Source: Nitrospinaceae bacterium (GTDB lineage Bacteria; Nitrospinota; Nitrospinia; Nitrospinales; Nitrospinaceae). From it: a stretch of DNA of 64,000 nt. Each line of letters begins with the position of its first letter. The first letter of the stretch is position 1. The position numbers and the translations under genes are program-made. Shown in pieces: positions 38,426 to 48,535 of this stretch. The stretch spans positions 64,001 through 128,000 of the forward strand of contig OZ250172.1 in NCBI GenBank assembly GCA_965237905.1. The letters are read 5' to 3'. The notes beneath the pieces were generated by a model, which was not told where the DNA came from, made no database searches, and was given only the letters and a program-made list of their open reading frames with translations.

Positions 38426-39127
38426 CTAGAATAGAAATCCCAACAAAGTAAAAACTTTTGGATAGTGGTGTGCCAGCAACCAGCCGGCAGAGTGGCAGGC
38501 GATCTGGAAGATCAGGGGAGCCACCAGCGATCCGGTGAGCCAATAAAACGAGGAAGTAATAAGTCCAAGCAGAAACATTCCCAATTGAAGATCAAAGTGG
38601 ACCAGGGCGAATATCAATCCCCCCAGGTAAACAGCGAGCGCCGGTTTGCTGTTGCGAATCAGCGCCTGGAGTACGTATCCGGTTAAAAATCCCTGTTCAG
38701 CCAACGTAATAAAAATCGTCGGTATGATAAAGGCAATAAATGAAGAGTTTCCGTCCGGCTCGTGGGAGAGTCTTTGGTCCGCTCCGGAAAACAATTCGGT
38801 CTGATCCAAGCCGGATATCCCGATAAAGAGCTCCAGCAAGGGAACCATTCCGACCACCAGTCCCCCCGCCAGGCACCCCAACATCAGATTTTGTTTCCAA
38901 TGCTCCTTATGAAAACCCAATTGTTGCCACGTCGCGTAACGGGCAAGAGTAAGAAACAACACCGTTATTCCAAAATAGGCCGGGTAGATAGCGGGAGCCC
39001 ATTTTTGAGCTTGCGGGAAAATGATGTGGATCACTGGAAATAATACGCAGGAGTACACCGCAAGGGTGCCCACCGGTCCCTTCAATCCCCAGGTTCCTTT
39101 GAAATCGGTTCGTTTAAGCATCCGCAT
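38426..39127 (-). CDS. CPBP (CAAX/Abi) family intramembrane protease-like protein
   Basis: Multi-TM protein with AEQGFLTGY (degenerate EExxFRG), FALVH and TGSL. Confidence 0.75.
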   Translation of the reverse strand: MRMLKRTDFKGTWGLKGPVGTLAVYSCVLFPVIHIIFPQAQKWAPAIYPAYFGITVLFLTLARYATWQQLGFHKEHWKQNLMLGCLAGGLVVGMVPLLELFIGISGLDQTELFSGADQRLSHEPDGNSSFIAFIIPTIFITLAEQGFLTGYVLQALIRNSKPALAVYLGGLIFALVHFDLQLGMFLLGLITSSFYWLTGSLVAPLIFQIACHSAGWLLAHHYPKVFTLLGFLF

Positions 39128-39236
39128 TCATAAATTCGGCCATTAATTCGAGGGTTGGTTTTAGGGCAAACTCAATTCCTTTTCGTGATATTATACTCGG
39201 CTTTAATACACCGGAAAGTCAATAGGAGGCTGTATC

Positions 39237-40124
39237 GTGGAAGTGAGCATATCCGCCTGGCGGGAGCAGGGCCTGTCGGATAGCGAAATTAAAAAGAAAA
39301 TCGTTCTCTCCAAGCATAATTTGGTGAACAGCGATCTGAGTGAAGCCAGTATCAAGGGAGCCAACCTTTCACAGGGGAATCTCATGCGCGCCAATATGAG
39401 AAAAGCGGATCTGACGGAAGTGGATTTTCGGGGCGCCGACATGATGGGAACTCTTTTTGAAGGGAGCAATTTGACCGGTGCCTTATTTATCGGTAACCAT
39501 ATGACCCAGGCAGTGTTTAATGAAGCGCGGCTTGATCGGACCAACCTGAGCGGAACCAATCTGGCCAATTCCATTTTTAAGTGGGCAAAAATGACAGGCG
39601 CTGTTTTTACCAAAGCCGTCATGACCAAGGTCTTACTCACGGGTACCGAAATGGATCAGACCAATTTCACCAAGGTCGACATGACCCATAGTAGTTTGCG
39701 TGAAGCGGTGATCAAGGGCACGCAATTTAATTTTGCCAAATGCATCCGCACGGATTTCGGCGAAACAGAAATTGAGGGAAGCGATTTTTTCCAGGCCAAT
39801 CTCGGCCAAGCCGACTTCAGAGTGTCCACGATCTCCCAAACCAAATTTATCGGGGCCAATTTAAGCCAGTCCAATTTTACCAGCGCAGAATTGGATGAAG
39901 TAAATTTTACAGACTGCAATCTGGATCAGGTGGACTTCACCGACGCGGCATTACAGGGAGTGATTTTTAAGGGAGCCCAATTGACCGGTGCAAATCTCGA
40001 ATCCATCCTCAACCTTTCCCCGGATCAGATCAATTCCGCCAAAATCGATAAATTCACCAAGCTCCCGCCTCATCTGGAAGTGACCTGGCAAGGCAAAAAG
40101 TTTGAATGCAAAGAGCGATCCTGA
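39237..40124 (+). CDS. Pentapeptide repeat protein
   Basis: Continuous A(D/N)L/Fxx repeats. Confidence 0.92.
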   Translation: MEVSISAWREQGLSDSEIKKKIVLSKHNLVNSDLSEASIKGANLSQGNLMRANMRKADLTEVDFRGADMMGTLFEGSNLTGALFIGNHMTQAVFNEARLDRTNLSGTNLANSIFKWAKMTGAVFTKAVMTKVLLTGTEMDQTNFTKVDMTHSSLREAVIKGTQFNFAKCIRTDFGETEIEGSDFFQANLGQADFRVSTISQTKFIGANLSQSNFTSAELDEVNFTDCNLDQVDFTDAALQGVIFKGAQLTGANLESILNLSPDQINSAKIDKFTKLPPHLEVTWQGKKFECKERS

Positions 40125-40224
40125 TGAACTGCAGTTCAATTTTCAGATAAACCCATTACAATTAAAATATTAAATTTATTCATCCTCTTCCTGATTTGGA
40201 GAGGTTTCTTTCTGGACCTTTATA

Positions 40225-40602
40225 ATGGTCGAAAAAAGCATCGTCAACTCCATTAGATATGGCCGCGAGCAGGAAGTACGCCAATGGCTTAAAACGCATC
40301 GGGACACTGAAGAACTCAGCCGGCTCCTTTTGAAAGCGGCCTACAGTCCAAATCAGAACGGTGAAATTATCGAAATGCTGCTTGCGTCAGGCGCGGACCC
40401 CAATTATGTGGATGAAACCGGCTATTATTATCCACAGGGACCTTCTTTATCCGTTGCCGCCAGTTTTGGGTGCATGGAAACCGTCAAGCTTCTGATTGAG
40501 GCGGGTGCCGACCCCTATATCAAAGATCGTGGCGACGAGACCCCCCTCGACACCGCTTCTGACGAATCTATAAAATTAATATTATTGGGTAAAACCCCTT
40601 AA
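40225..40602 (+). CDS. Ankyrin repeat protein
   Basis: Motifs LLASGADPN, SLSVAASFG..ETVKLLIEAGADP and GDETPLD. Confidence 0.88.
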   Translation: MVEKSIVNSIRYGREQEVRQWLKTHRDTEELSRLLLKAAYSPNQNGEIIEMLLASGADPNYVDETGYYYPQGPSLSVAASFGCMETVKLLIEAGADPYIKDRGDETPLDTASDESIKLILLGKTP

Positions 40603-40735
40603 GCCTTTCAGAGAAACTGGAATTAAAATCAATTTTTTCAATGGCTTGAATATTATATACTACCAGCCATTTGCCACCAATCTCTGATCGAGAGAAACCG
40701 GCTCCAAAGGAATCAGAAATCCTCTATAGCCGGAG

Positions 40736-40764
40736 TTGACAAGCCCGAGGGTTTTTTCTACTAT
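40736..40764 (+). promoter_or_regulatory. Sigma70 promoter upstream of rpiB-glyA-nrdR
   Basis: TTGACA-17 bp-TACTAT. Confidence 0.7.
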
Positions 40765-40964
40765 CCATAGCTGAGAGCTTTTTCCATGGAATCCAGGCCC
40801 GTAGAATCGGTATCGGGCGCTCACGGACGCCTCCCGTTTAAGAACCATTGTCATTCTTTTCCAAACTTGAGACCATTCATCTCAGGAACTCCACTCACGG
40901 TTATTCGAATTGACGGTGATCGGGTCCATTCGAGGGTTACCCGATACAGGAACTATAGAAACAT

Positions 40965-41444
40965 ATGAACAGAGATTCAAAGATTGGCAAAATCGTTATT
41001 GCCTCCGACCATGCAGGTTTTGAGTTAAAAGAAAGCATCAGGGAGTGCCTGCAAGGGGATGGTATCTCGATCGAGGATTTGGGACCCGACAATTCCGACC
41101 GGGTGGATTACCCCGATTATGGAATCAAACTTGCCAAAGCGGTTTCGGATGATGAAAACCTGAACGGCATCGTGATTTGCGGAACCGGCATCGGCATGTC
41201 CATCGTGGTCAACCGGTTCCCGAAAGTCCGTGGAACCCTGTGCTCGGATGTCTACACCGCCAAACTGTGCCGACAGCATAACGACTCCAATGTTCTGATT
41301 CTTGGAGGCCGCGTGGTGGGCAAGGGGTTGGCCCATGAAATCGTCACTACCTGGCTGGAAACTCCGTTTGAAGGCGGCCGCCATAGTGAACGCCTGAAAA
41401 AAATAGACCATATCGAAAACATGTTAATCAAGGGAGAACTGTAA
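40965..41444 (+). CDS. rpiB: Ribose 5-phosphate isomerase B
   Basis: Motifs SDHAG, DYPD, CGTGIG, HNDSN and FEGGRH. Confidence 0.96.
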   Translation: MNRDSKIGKIVIASDHAGFELKESIRECLQGDGISIEDLGPDNSDRVDYPDYGIKLAKAVSDDENLNGIVICGTGIGMSIVVNRFPKVRGTLCSDVYTAKLCRQHNDSNVLILGGRVVGKGLAHEIVTTWLETPFEGGRHSERLKKIDHIENMLIKGEL

Positions 41445-41445
41445 A

Positions 41446-42699
41446 TTGTCACTCTTATCAGATTTCGATCCGGATATCTCAAATGCCATCAAGGGGGAAA
41501 TCGAGCGGGAAAACTTTACCTTGGAGATGATCGCTTCCGAAAATTTTGTCAGCCCTCAGGTGTTGGAAGCTCTGGGTTCGGTGATGACCAATAAATATGC
41601 CGAAGGGTATCCCAACAAGCGTTACTATGGCGGGTGCCGTTACGTTGACGTGGCCGAGCAGTTGGCCATTGACCGGGCCAAACAAATCTTCGAGGCCGAG
41701 CACGCCAACGTGCAACCTCATTCCGGTTCGCAGGCCAATATGGCGGTTTATCATGCGGCCCTGCAACACGGCGATACGATTCTCGGCATGAACCTGTCGC
41801 ACGGCGGCCACCTCACGCATGGTTCGCCGGTGAATTTTTCCGGTTACAGCTACAAGGTCTTCCAATACGGAGTCAACAAAGATACCGAATTGATCGATTA
41901 CGACGAAGTGGAGCGATTGGCCAAGGAACACAAGCCAAAGATGATCGTGGTCGGCGCCAGTGCCTATCCCCGTGTCATCGACGCCAAACGGTTTCGCGAC
42001 ATCGCCGACGAAGTCGGCGCGAAAATCATGACGGATATCGCCCACCCCGCCGGCCTGATCGCGGCCAAGCTGTATCCCTCACCCGTACCCTATTCGGAAT
42101 TCGTCACCACCACCACGCACAAAACCCTTCGCGGCCCGCGCGGTGGGATGATCCTATGCCGGGATGAATTCGCCAAGGAAGTGAACAAGAAAATATTTCC
42201 CGGTATCCAGGGCGGACCTCTCATGCATGTGATCGCCGCCAAAGCGGTGGCCTTTAAGGAAGCGCTCAATCCGGATTTCGTCGAGTATCAAAAGCAGGTC
42301 ATCAAAAACGCGCAATGCCTCGCGGACCTTCTAAAGGATGGCGGTTATAAAGTGGTCAGTGGCGGCACGGATACCCACTTGATTCTGGTCGATTTAACCC
42401 GCCAGGACATTACCGGGAAAGCGGCCGAAGAAGCACTCGATTTGGCCGGTATCACCGTCAACAAAAATACCGTCCCCTTTGAAACCCGGAGTCCCTTTGT
42501 CACCTCCGGTATCCGGATCGGCACTCCGGCCCTCACCACCCGGGGCATGAAAGAGAAGGAAATGAAACAGATCGGGGAAATGATGATCGGCGTTTTAGAA
42601 CGGATCGAGGACAAGGAATTCATCGAGCAAACCCGCCTGAAGGTACGGGAATTGTGTGAGCAGTTTCCCTTTCACATGGAAATGGCTGACAAATACTGA
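41446..42699 (+). CDS. glyA: Serine hydroxymethyltransferase
   Basis: Motifs [33 protein letters not shown] and SGIRIGTPA. Confidence 0.98.
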   Translation: MSLLSDFDPDISNAIKGEIERENFTLEMIASENFVSPQVLEALGSVMTNKYAEGYPNKRYYGGCRYVDVAEQLAIDRAKQIFEAEHANVQPHSGSQANMAVYHAALQHGDTILGMNLSHGGHLTHGSPVNFSGYSYKVFQYGVNKDTELIDYDEVERLAKEHKPKMIVVGASAYPRVIDAKRFRDIADEVGAKIMTDIAHPAGLIAAKLYPSPVPYSEFVTTTTHKTLRGPRGGMILCRDEFAKEVNKKIFPGIQGGPLMHVIAAKAVAFKEALNPDFVEYQKQVIKNAQCLADLLKDGGYKVVSGGTDTHLILVDLTRQDITGKAAEEALDLAGITVNKNTVPFETRSPFVTSGIRIGTPALTTRGMKEKEMKQIGEMMIGVLERIEDKEFIEQTRLKVRELCEQFPFHMEMADKY

Positions 42700-42705
42700 T
42701 CCCCT

Positions 42706-43167
42706 ATGAAATGTCCCAGTTGCTCGAACATGGAAAACAAAGTGGTGGACTCCCGTACCAACCGGGATGGCGACTTGACCCGTCGCCGTCGTGAATGCCT
42801 GAGCTGCGGCGAACGATTCACCACTTATGAACGTATCGAGAAAACACCACTTCTCATCGTCAAGCAGGATGGGCGGCGCGAGGAATTCAATCGCAGTAAG
42901 ATATTATCCGGAGTGCAGAAAGCCTGCCAGAAACGGCCGGTCAGTGCCGAGCAGATGGAAAACCTGGTCGACGCAATCGAGCGTTATTTCCAGGAAGCTG
43001 GTGAAAAGGAGATATCAGCAGTTACGGTGGGCGAAAAGGTGGTCAAGGAACTGTACAATCTGGACAGCGTCGCCTACGTCCGGTTTGCTTCCGTTTACCG
43101 AGATTTCAAGGACGTCAACGAATTCATGGCGGAACTCAAAGGCATCATCAAAAATAAAGATCATTGA
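42706..43167 (+). CDS. nrdR: Transcriptional repressor NrdR
   Basis: Motifs MKCPSC, RRRREC, ATP cone and AYVRFASVY. Confidence 0.97.
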   Translation: MKCPSCSNMENKVVDSRTNRDGDLTRRRRECLSCGERFTTYERIEKTPLLIVKQDGRREEFNRSKILSGVQKACQKRPVSAEQMENLVDAIERYFQEAGEKEISAVTVGEKVVKELYNLDSVAYVRFASVYRDFKDVNEFMAELKGIIKNKDH

Positions 43168-43326
43168 GCCGCGGCCTATCAGCGCATTATCCAGTCCTCC
43201 TCCTGGTTCCTAAACCACCCCTAACTTATTCAATTTTAAGCCCTTTCTTTCCTAAGTCATTGAACATCCAAGGTTAAAGTGATAGCATATCCAGTCCTTT
43301 AACCGCATTCAGTTTTTTGAAAATCG

Positions 43327-44118
43327 ATGAAAATCATTACCTTTAATATTGCGATGATCAGTTATTTGCTGGCATCATTGGAATATTTTATTTATCTCGT
43401 TTACCGGAAACCGGGGGTCTCGACGCTGGCGACGGGGACCGTGGTGGTCGGGTTGCTATCGCATACGGTGATCATCGGGCTTCGTTCCCAGGAAACGGGG
43501 CATGGACCCTACACCACTTCCTTCGAAGTAGCTGTTTTCCTGTCGTGGCTGGTGGTGGTCGTTTATTGTTTCACCCATTGGCGATACAAGATCAAGGACC
43601 TGGGATCGTTCGTCATCCCGGTAGCCTTTTTGATCCTGCTGTACGCCACTTTTTTGTCGAAGGAAGTTGTGAATTTTCCGGAATCGGAGTTCCGGATTTT
43701 GTTGACCCTGCACCGAACATTATCCATTATCGGATTCGCCGCTTTTGCGATTGCGTTTGGGCTTGGGGTCATGTATTTAATTCAAGAAAAACAGGTCAAA
43801 TCGAAAAAACTCGGTATGATGTATTTCCGGATGCCTTCGCTGGAATCTTTGGATAACTTGATCTATAAAGCGGTGGCCGTCGGGTTTCCCTTATTCACGA
43901 TGGGGTTTTTGACGGGGTCCATCTGGAATATCAAGATGAGCCAGTCGTCACTGTTTTCTCTGGATCTGGTTGCCATCTGGCCTTTGGTTATCGGCTGGAT
44001 TTTATACGGTTTGGTATTTTTCGGACGGTACCGAATGGGATGGCGCGGTAAAAAAGTCGCCCAAGGTTCGGTGATCGGTTTTGTTACTGTTATATTAAGT
44101 ATTCTTTTACACGTTTAA
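43327..44118 (+). CDS. ccsA: CcsA/HemX-family cytochrome c assembly membrane protein
   Basis: 8-TM protein with MYLIQEKQVKSK, PSLESLD, GFPLFT..GSIW and GWRG. Located upstream of hemA. Confidence 0.8.
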   Translation: MKIITFNIAMISYLLASLEYFIYLVYRKPGVSTLATGTVVVGLLSHTVIIGLRSQETGHGPYTTSFEVAVFLSWLVVVVYCFTHWRYKIKDLGSFVIPVAFLILLYATFLSKEVVNFPESEFRILLTLHRTLSIIGFAAFAIAFGLGVMYLIQEKQVKSKKLGMMYFRMPSLESLDNLIYKAVAVGFPLFTMGFLTGSIWNIKMSQSSLFSLDLVAIWPLVIGWILYGLVFFGRYRMGWRGKKVAQGSVIGFVTVILSILLHV

Positions 44119-44120
44119 TT

Positions 44121-45395
44121 ATGGCTGAATCCAATCTAGTCATCGTAGGGGTCAATCACAAAACCACACCGGTGGAATTGCGGGAAAAACTCGCGTTCAC
44201 CCAGGGGAATATCGAGGAGTCGACGGAAAAACTCGGGGGTTTTCCGGAAATCGACGAGAACCTCATTATTTCCACCTGCAATCGTGTGGAAATCTATGCC
44301 CGCGTGAACGATGTCGACAAGGGAATCGATCGTCTGAAGAAGTTTATCTGCGACTTCCACCTGATTCCCTACAATATGTTGGACAAGCATTTTTACGCGT
44401 TTCGGGAAGAGGAGACGGTGCAACATCTGTTCCGTGTGTCCGCCAGTCTCGATTCCATGGTGGTCGGGGAGTCGCAGATTCTGGGGCAGGTGAAAGACGC
44501 GTACAGCCTGGCCAAATCCCTGCAGACCACCGGTCTTATCCTGAACCAACTGTTCGAAAAAGCCTTCAGCGTGGCCAAAAAGATTCGGGAGGAAACCGGT
44601 ATTGCCGAAAGCGCGGTTTCCATCAGTTCGGCGGCGGTGGAACTGGCCCGGAAAATCTTTGAGGACCTGGAGAACCACACCGTCATGCTGGTCGGCACCG
44701 GCGAAATGGCGGAACTGGCGGCCAAGCATCTGATCTCCTACGGCGTCAAAACCGTGTACGTCGCCAGCCGGACTTATGAACGAGCCACCGCTCTGGCGAA
44801 AACCCTGAACGGCAGTGCGTTGGATTTCGAGCATTTTAAAACCGAATTGCACAAGGCCGATATCGTCATCAGTTCAACCGCCGCGCCCAAATTTATCATC
44901 ACCAAGGAAATCGTTGAGTCCGCTATCCATCAACGGAAAAACCGGCCCATGTTTTTTATTGATATCGCGGTCCCGCGGGATATCGAACCGGAGGTGAATG
45001 ATCTTGAAAACGTTTATTTATATGATATCGATGATCTGCAAAGTGTGGTGAATGCCAACCTTCAGGAACGGGAAAAAGAAGCGGAACTGGCCATGGGTAT
45101 TATTCAGACGGAAGTCAGCAAGTTTAATAATTGGGTGGACTCGCTGGATGCCATACCGACCATCGTTGAGTTGAGAAAACGTGCGGAAGCGGTCCGGATG
45201 CAGGAAATCGAAAAAACCCTCAAGAAAATGACGCATCTCTCGGACGAAGACAGAAACAATCTTCATCAAATGACCTCATCCATCATCAATAAAATTCTCC
45301 ACAAACCCACCGTCAACCTCAAGAAGAAAACCCAAACCACCGAAGGCCGAACTTACCTGAAGGCCATCCGCGACCTGTTTCATCTGGACGACTGA
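44121..45395 (+). CDS. hemA: Glutamyl-tRNA reductase
   Basis: Motifs GVNHKT, STCNRVE, LDSMVVGESQILGQVK and DIAVPRDI. Confidence 0.98.
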   Translation: MAESNLVIVGVNHKTTPVELREKLAFTQGNIEESTEKLGGFPEIDENLIISTCNRVEIYARVNDVDKGIDRLKKFICDFHLIPYNMLDKHFYAFREEETVQHLFRVSASLDSMVVGESQILGQVKDAYSLAKSLQTTGLILNQLFEKAFSVAKKIREETGIAESAVSISSAAVELARKIFEDLENHTVMLVGTGEMAELAAKHLISYGVKTVYVASRTYERATALAKTLNGSALDFEHFKTELHKADIVISSTAAPKFIITKEIVESAIHQRKNRPMFFIDIAVPRDIEPEVNDLENVYLYDIDDLQSVVNANLQEREKEAELAMGIIQTEVSKFNNWVDSLDAIPTIVELRKRAEAVRMQEIEKTLKKMTHLSDEDRNNLHQMTSSIINKILHKPTVNLKKKTQTTEGRTYLKAIRDLFHLDD

Positions 45396-46334
45396 ATGGC
45401 GGATACTTTTTCCAAAAAAATCACCATCGGAACGCGTGGCAGCCCGCTGGCTCTCTGGCAGGCGCACTGGATCAAATCCCAGCTTGAGGCTCTGCATGGC
45501 GATTTGACCGTTGAACTGGTCAAAATCAAAACCTCCGGCGACAAAATTCAGGATGTTCCTCTCGCCAAGGTGGGAGGCAAGGGGCTCTTCACCAAGGAAA
45601 TCGAGGAGAGCATGTTGCGCTATGAAACCGATATAGCGGTCCACAGCATGAAAGATGTTCCCGTTCAATTTCCTCCCAGCCTGACGTTATCGGTCGTGAC
45701 CGAACGGGAAGACCCGCGTGACGTTTTGATTTCCAGGAAAGATTTGAAACTGGATGATCTGCCGAAAGGCGCCAAAGTAGGAACCGGAAGTTTTCGGAGA
45801 ACCACCCAACTCCTGCATTACCGCCCGGACCTGGAAGTGATTCCCATGCGTGGCAATCTGGAAACCCGCCTGAACAAACTTGAGTCGGAAGGGTTGGATG
45901 CCATCATTCTCGCCGCCGCAGGACTGATACGCCTGGACATGGCGGACCGCATCACGGAATACATCGAACCCGAAATCATGCTGCCGGGAGGAGGGCAGGG
46001 GGCCGTCGGCATCGAGTCCCGGAAGGAAGACCTGCGTGTTATGACTCGAATATTTCCGCTGGACCATGAGGAGTCGCACAGAGCTCTGGAAGCCGAGCGA
46101 GGATTTTTAACCCGGTTGGAAGGCGGTTGTCAGGTGCCCATCGGAGTCTATGCGACGATCGAAGGTGAAACCTTGCACCTTCGCGGTCTGGTGGGAAGCC
46201 TGGATGGCAAGCAGATACTAAAAGCCGAAAGAAAGGGATCCGTGGAAGACCCGGAGGTGATTGGATTTCAACTGGCAGGCGAAATTCTGGGAATGGGTGC
46301 GGACAAGATATTGAAGGAAGTTTACGGGACTTAA
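45396..46334 (+). CDS. hemC: Hydroxymethylbilane synthase
   Basis: Motifs GTRGSPLALWQA, GGKGLFTKE, VHSMKD, RGN and LEGGCQVP. Confidence 0.98.
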   Translation: MADTFSKKITIGTRGSPLALWQAHWIKSQLEALHGDLTVELVKIKTSGDKIQDVPLAKVGGKGLFTKEIEESMLRYETDIAVHSMKDVPVQFPPSLTLSVVTEREDPRDVLISRKDLKLDDLPKGAKVGTGSFRRTTQLLHYRPDLEVIPMRGNLETRLNKLESEGLDAIILAAAGLIRLDMADRITEYIEPEIMLPGGGQGAVGIESRKEDLRVMTRIFPLDHEESHRALEAERGFLTRLEGGCQVPIGVYATIEGETLHLRGLVGSLDGKQILKAERKGSVEDPEVIGFQLAGEILGMGADKILKEVYGT

Positions 46335-46380
46335 AGTATCACTTTAGGTGACAGGCATTAACTCCTTCCTGAATGAAAAT

Positions 46381-47649
46381 TTAAAGCCAAATCTCTTCCG
46401 GATGATCCAGCCGCTCCTGTGCCAGTTTTTGAGCCTCTTCCCGGAAGATTCGATCGCCTTCCTTTTGCTCACTCAGCCGCCCCATCAAAGTCCGAATGTT
46501 ACTGGATACCGTATTGTAGACCAACTGCTCCGTATACGTTTTCCCATCTTCTCCCTGTGAAAGCACTTGCTCCCGGTACGGCCTATCCATTGTCATTTTG
46601 AGTTCCACCGCGCATCCCATCACTCCGCCGACATTAACGATGAAATCTGAATAGGAAACGATTCCTCGCCGGTTTTGCAGATAGTACTCCGTCATTTTAT
46701 TACTGGGCGTGTTGGCTCCCTGGAAGATTTTTCGGCATTGAATGCGGTCGGCATTGCGCGCGGTGATGGCATCGGGCCGGGCGGCGGGAACTAAAATGTC
46801 GCAGGGCGCTTCCAACAGCCAGCCAATTTGATCCGGGCCAAAGCGTTTTTCTACTTGTCCGGAATAGTTGGATATTCCCCCGGGCTCGCGGCGAATGGAA
46901 TTCAATTCGTCAACATTCAACCCGCGCGGATGCCACAAGGCGCCGTGAATATCGGACGCCCCGGTGATCACCGCTCCCACATCGTTGAGTTTGGAGGCGG
47001 TCACGGAACCCACGTTGCCATATCCCTGAATGACCACTTGTGCGCCCTTGAGCTTAAAGTCCGATTCCAATTCCTCTACGGTGCGGATGGCGGCGAACAA
47101 GCTGTGAGCGGTCAGGCCCCATTCATCGATGGGGATGCCGCCTTTGTCGGGAGGACGCGATGCCCCGCCGCGCATATGTTGATGGGTTCCCAATTGTTCG
47201 GAATAATGTTCGTAGATTTGCTGAATGTCCGTTTCATCCGTCCCCATGTCCGGCGCCGGGATATAGCGCTCTACAGAAAATAAGGCCTCTGCGAAGAGGC
47301 CAATCAAATCTCGCTTCATGCCGGGATTCAGGGCCATCATCACCGGGTCGCATACGATGCCGGCCTTGCCGCCGCCGAAGGGCAGGTTGGCGGCGCTGTT
47401 TTTGAGGGTCATTGCCCGGGCCAGCCGGCGCACTTCGCCGAGGGTCACGTCCGTGGCCATGCGGATACCGCCGAGACCGGGACCGCGCCGGGTGTCATCC
47501 ACCACCACAAATCCCCAGATGTTTCCGGTAGCCGGGTCCACCACGCGAATCAATTGTTCGGGTGTGCGGTCATCGGACGCGGCAAACCGGTTCGTTTCGT
47601 CTCTGGCGTTACACGGCTCAAGCACGAATTTCTTTGGGAGTTGAGTCAC
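46381..47649 (-). CDS. Glu/Leu/Phe/Val dehydrogenase family protein
   Basis: Motifs GPGLGGIR, MTLK...PFGGGKAG, PAPDMGT, IQGYGNVG and GAN. Confidence 0.9.
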   Translation of the reverse strand: MTQLPKKFVLEPCNARDETNRFAASDDRTPEQLIRVVDPATGNIWGFVVVDDTRRGPGLGGIRMATDVTLGEVRRLARAMTLKNSAANLPFGGGKAGIVCDPVMMALNPGMKRDLIGLFAEALFSVERYIPAPDMGTDETDIQQIYEHYSEQLGTHQHMRGGASRPPDKGGIPIDEWGLTAHSLFAAIRTVEELESDFKLKGAQVVIQGYGNVGSVTASKLNDVGAVITGASDIHGALWHPRGLNVDELNSIRREPGGISNYSGQVEKRFGPDQIGWLLEAPCDILVPAARPDAITARNADRIQCRKIFQGANTPSNKMTEYYLQNRRGIVSYSDFIVNVGGVMGCAVELKMTMDRPYREQVLSQGEDGKTYTEQLVYNTVSSNIRTLMGRLSEQKEGDRIFREEAQKLAQERLDHPEEIWL

Positions 47650-47665
47650 GGTTGAAGTTTTCTGG

Positions 47666-48535
47666 TTACTTCAGTTTTTGGACATCGGCGATCCAGGGTT
47701 CGTACCGCTTGCCATAGTTCAGGATCACCTGGTATCGCGGTTCCAGGTCCGACAGGGGTTTGTCCCTGGGTAGGTAAGTCACGGTATGGGTTTTTATATC
47801 AGAAATAAAGAAAGATCGGTAGTCGCTGTTCACATGAATTTTCGGAATGGGAATTTCATGAATCCAGCCATACAAAGAATTTTTGGATGATTTGGACTCA
47901 CCTTTTCCTCTGAACGAAATACGAAACACGGCCGGTGTAATAATATATTTGGATCGATCCGAATATTGTTTTCTCAATGCCTCGGCATCCCGCCCGGCAT
48001 TGATGGCGAATAGATGACTTCGGGTGGTCAATTTCTCTTGGATGAGCCTGATCTCGTATTCGAGATTTATCTTTTTATCCGAATTTTTTTCTCCCAATAA
48101 TTTCTGCTGGACTTCCTCGATTTGTATCCTGGCTTCCTTCAACCAATTCTGATAAGCGTCCCCGTCAAATTCCAGGACCACATAGCCTTGTCTCGGCAAT
48201 TGGCGTCTGTAATAGCGGTGTGCTTTTTTACCATCCAGAGGATAACTGGTATCAAAACCCAACTCTTCGAGTCTTTGCTGATTCAACCAGGTATCCTCCC
48301 TGTGTGCATTATTGTAATAATTGTAATAGCCAGGCATATTCCATTTGAGGGTCAGGTCCAGACCCGTATCCTCCATGTCCATACTCCTCCAGCCATTATG
48401 CCAATTGAGTTCCCTTTCGGTTAGTGTGACGGTAGCGTCGGGCTCGCCGGAACGGTTATAGGCCACGCCTGCAAGCACCACCACGTTGGTCAATACGATC
48501 AACGCTATTGTTGAAATTAAGCCATATTTTTTCAT
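47666..48535 (-). CDS. DUF4824 family protein
   Basis: ATG at 48535 overlaps the upstream stop (ATGA). Motifs TNVVVLAGVAYNRSGEP..LTEREL and YGKRYEPWI. Confidence 0.75.
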   Translation of the reverse strand: MKKYGLISTIALIVLTNVVVLAGVAYNRSGEPDATVTLTERELNWHNGWRSMDMEDTGLDLTLKWNMPGYYNYYNNAHREDTWLNQQRLEELGFDTSYPLDGKKAHRYYRRQLPRQGYVVLEFDGDAYQNWLKEARIQIEEVQQKLLGEKNSDKKINLEYEIRLIQEKLTTRSHLFAINAGRDAEALRKQYSDRSKYIITPAVFRISFRGKGESKSSKNSLYGWIHEIPIPKIHVNSDYRSFFISDIKTHTVTYLPRDKPLSDLEPRYQVILNYGKRYEPWIADVQKLK

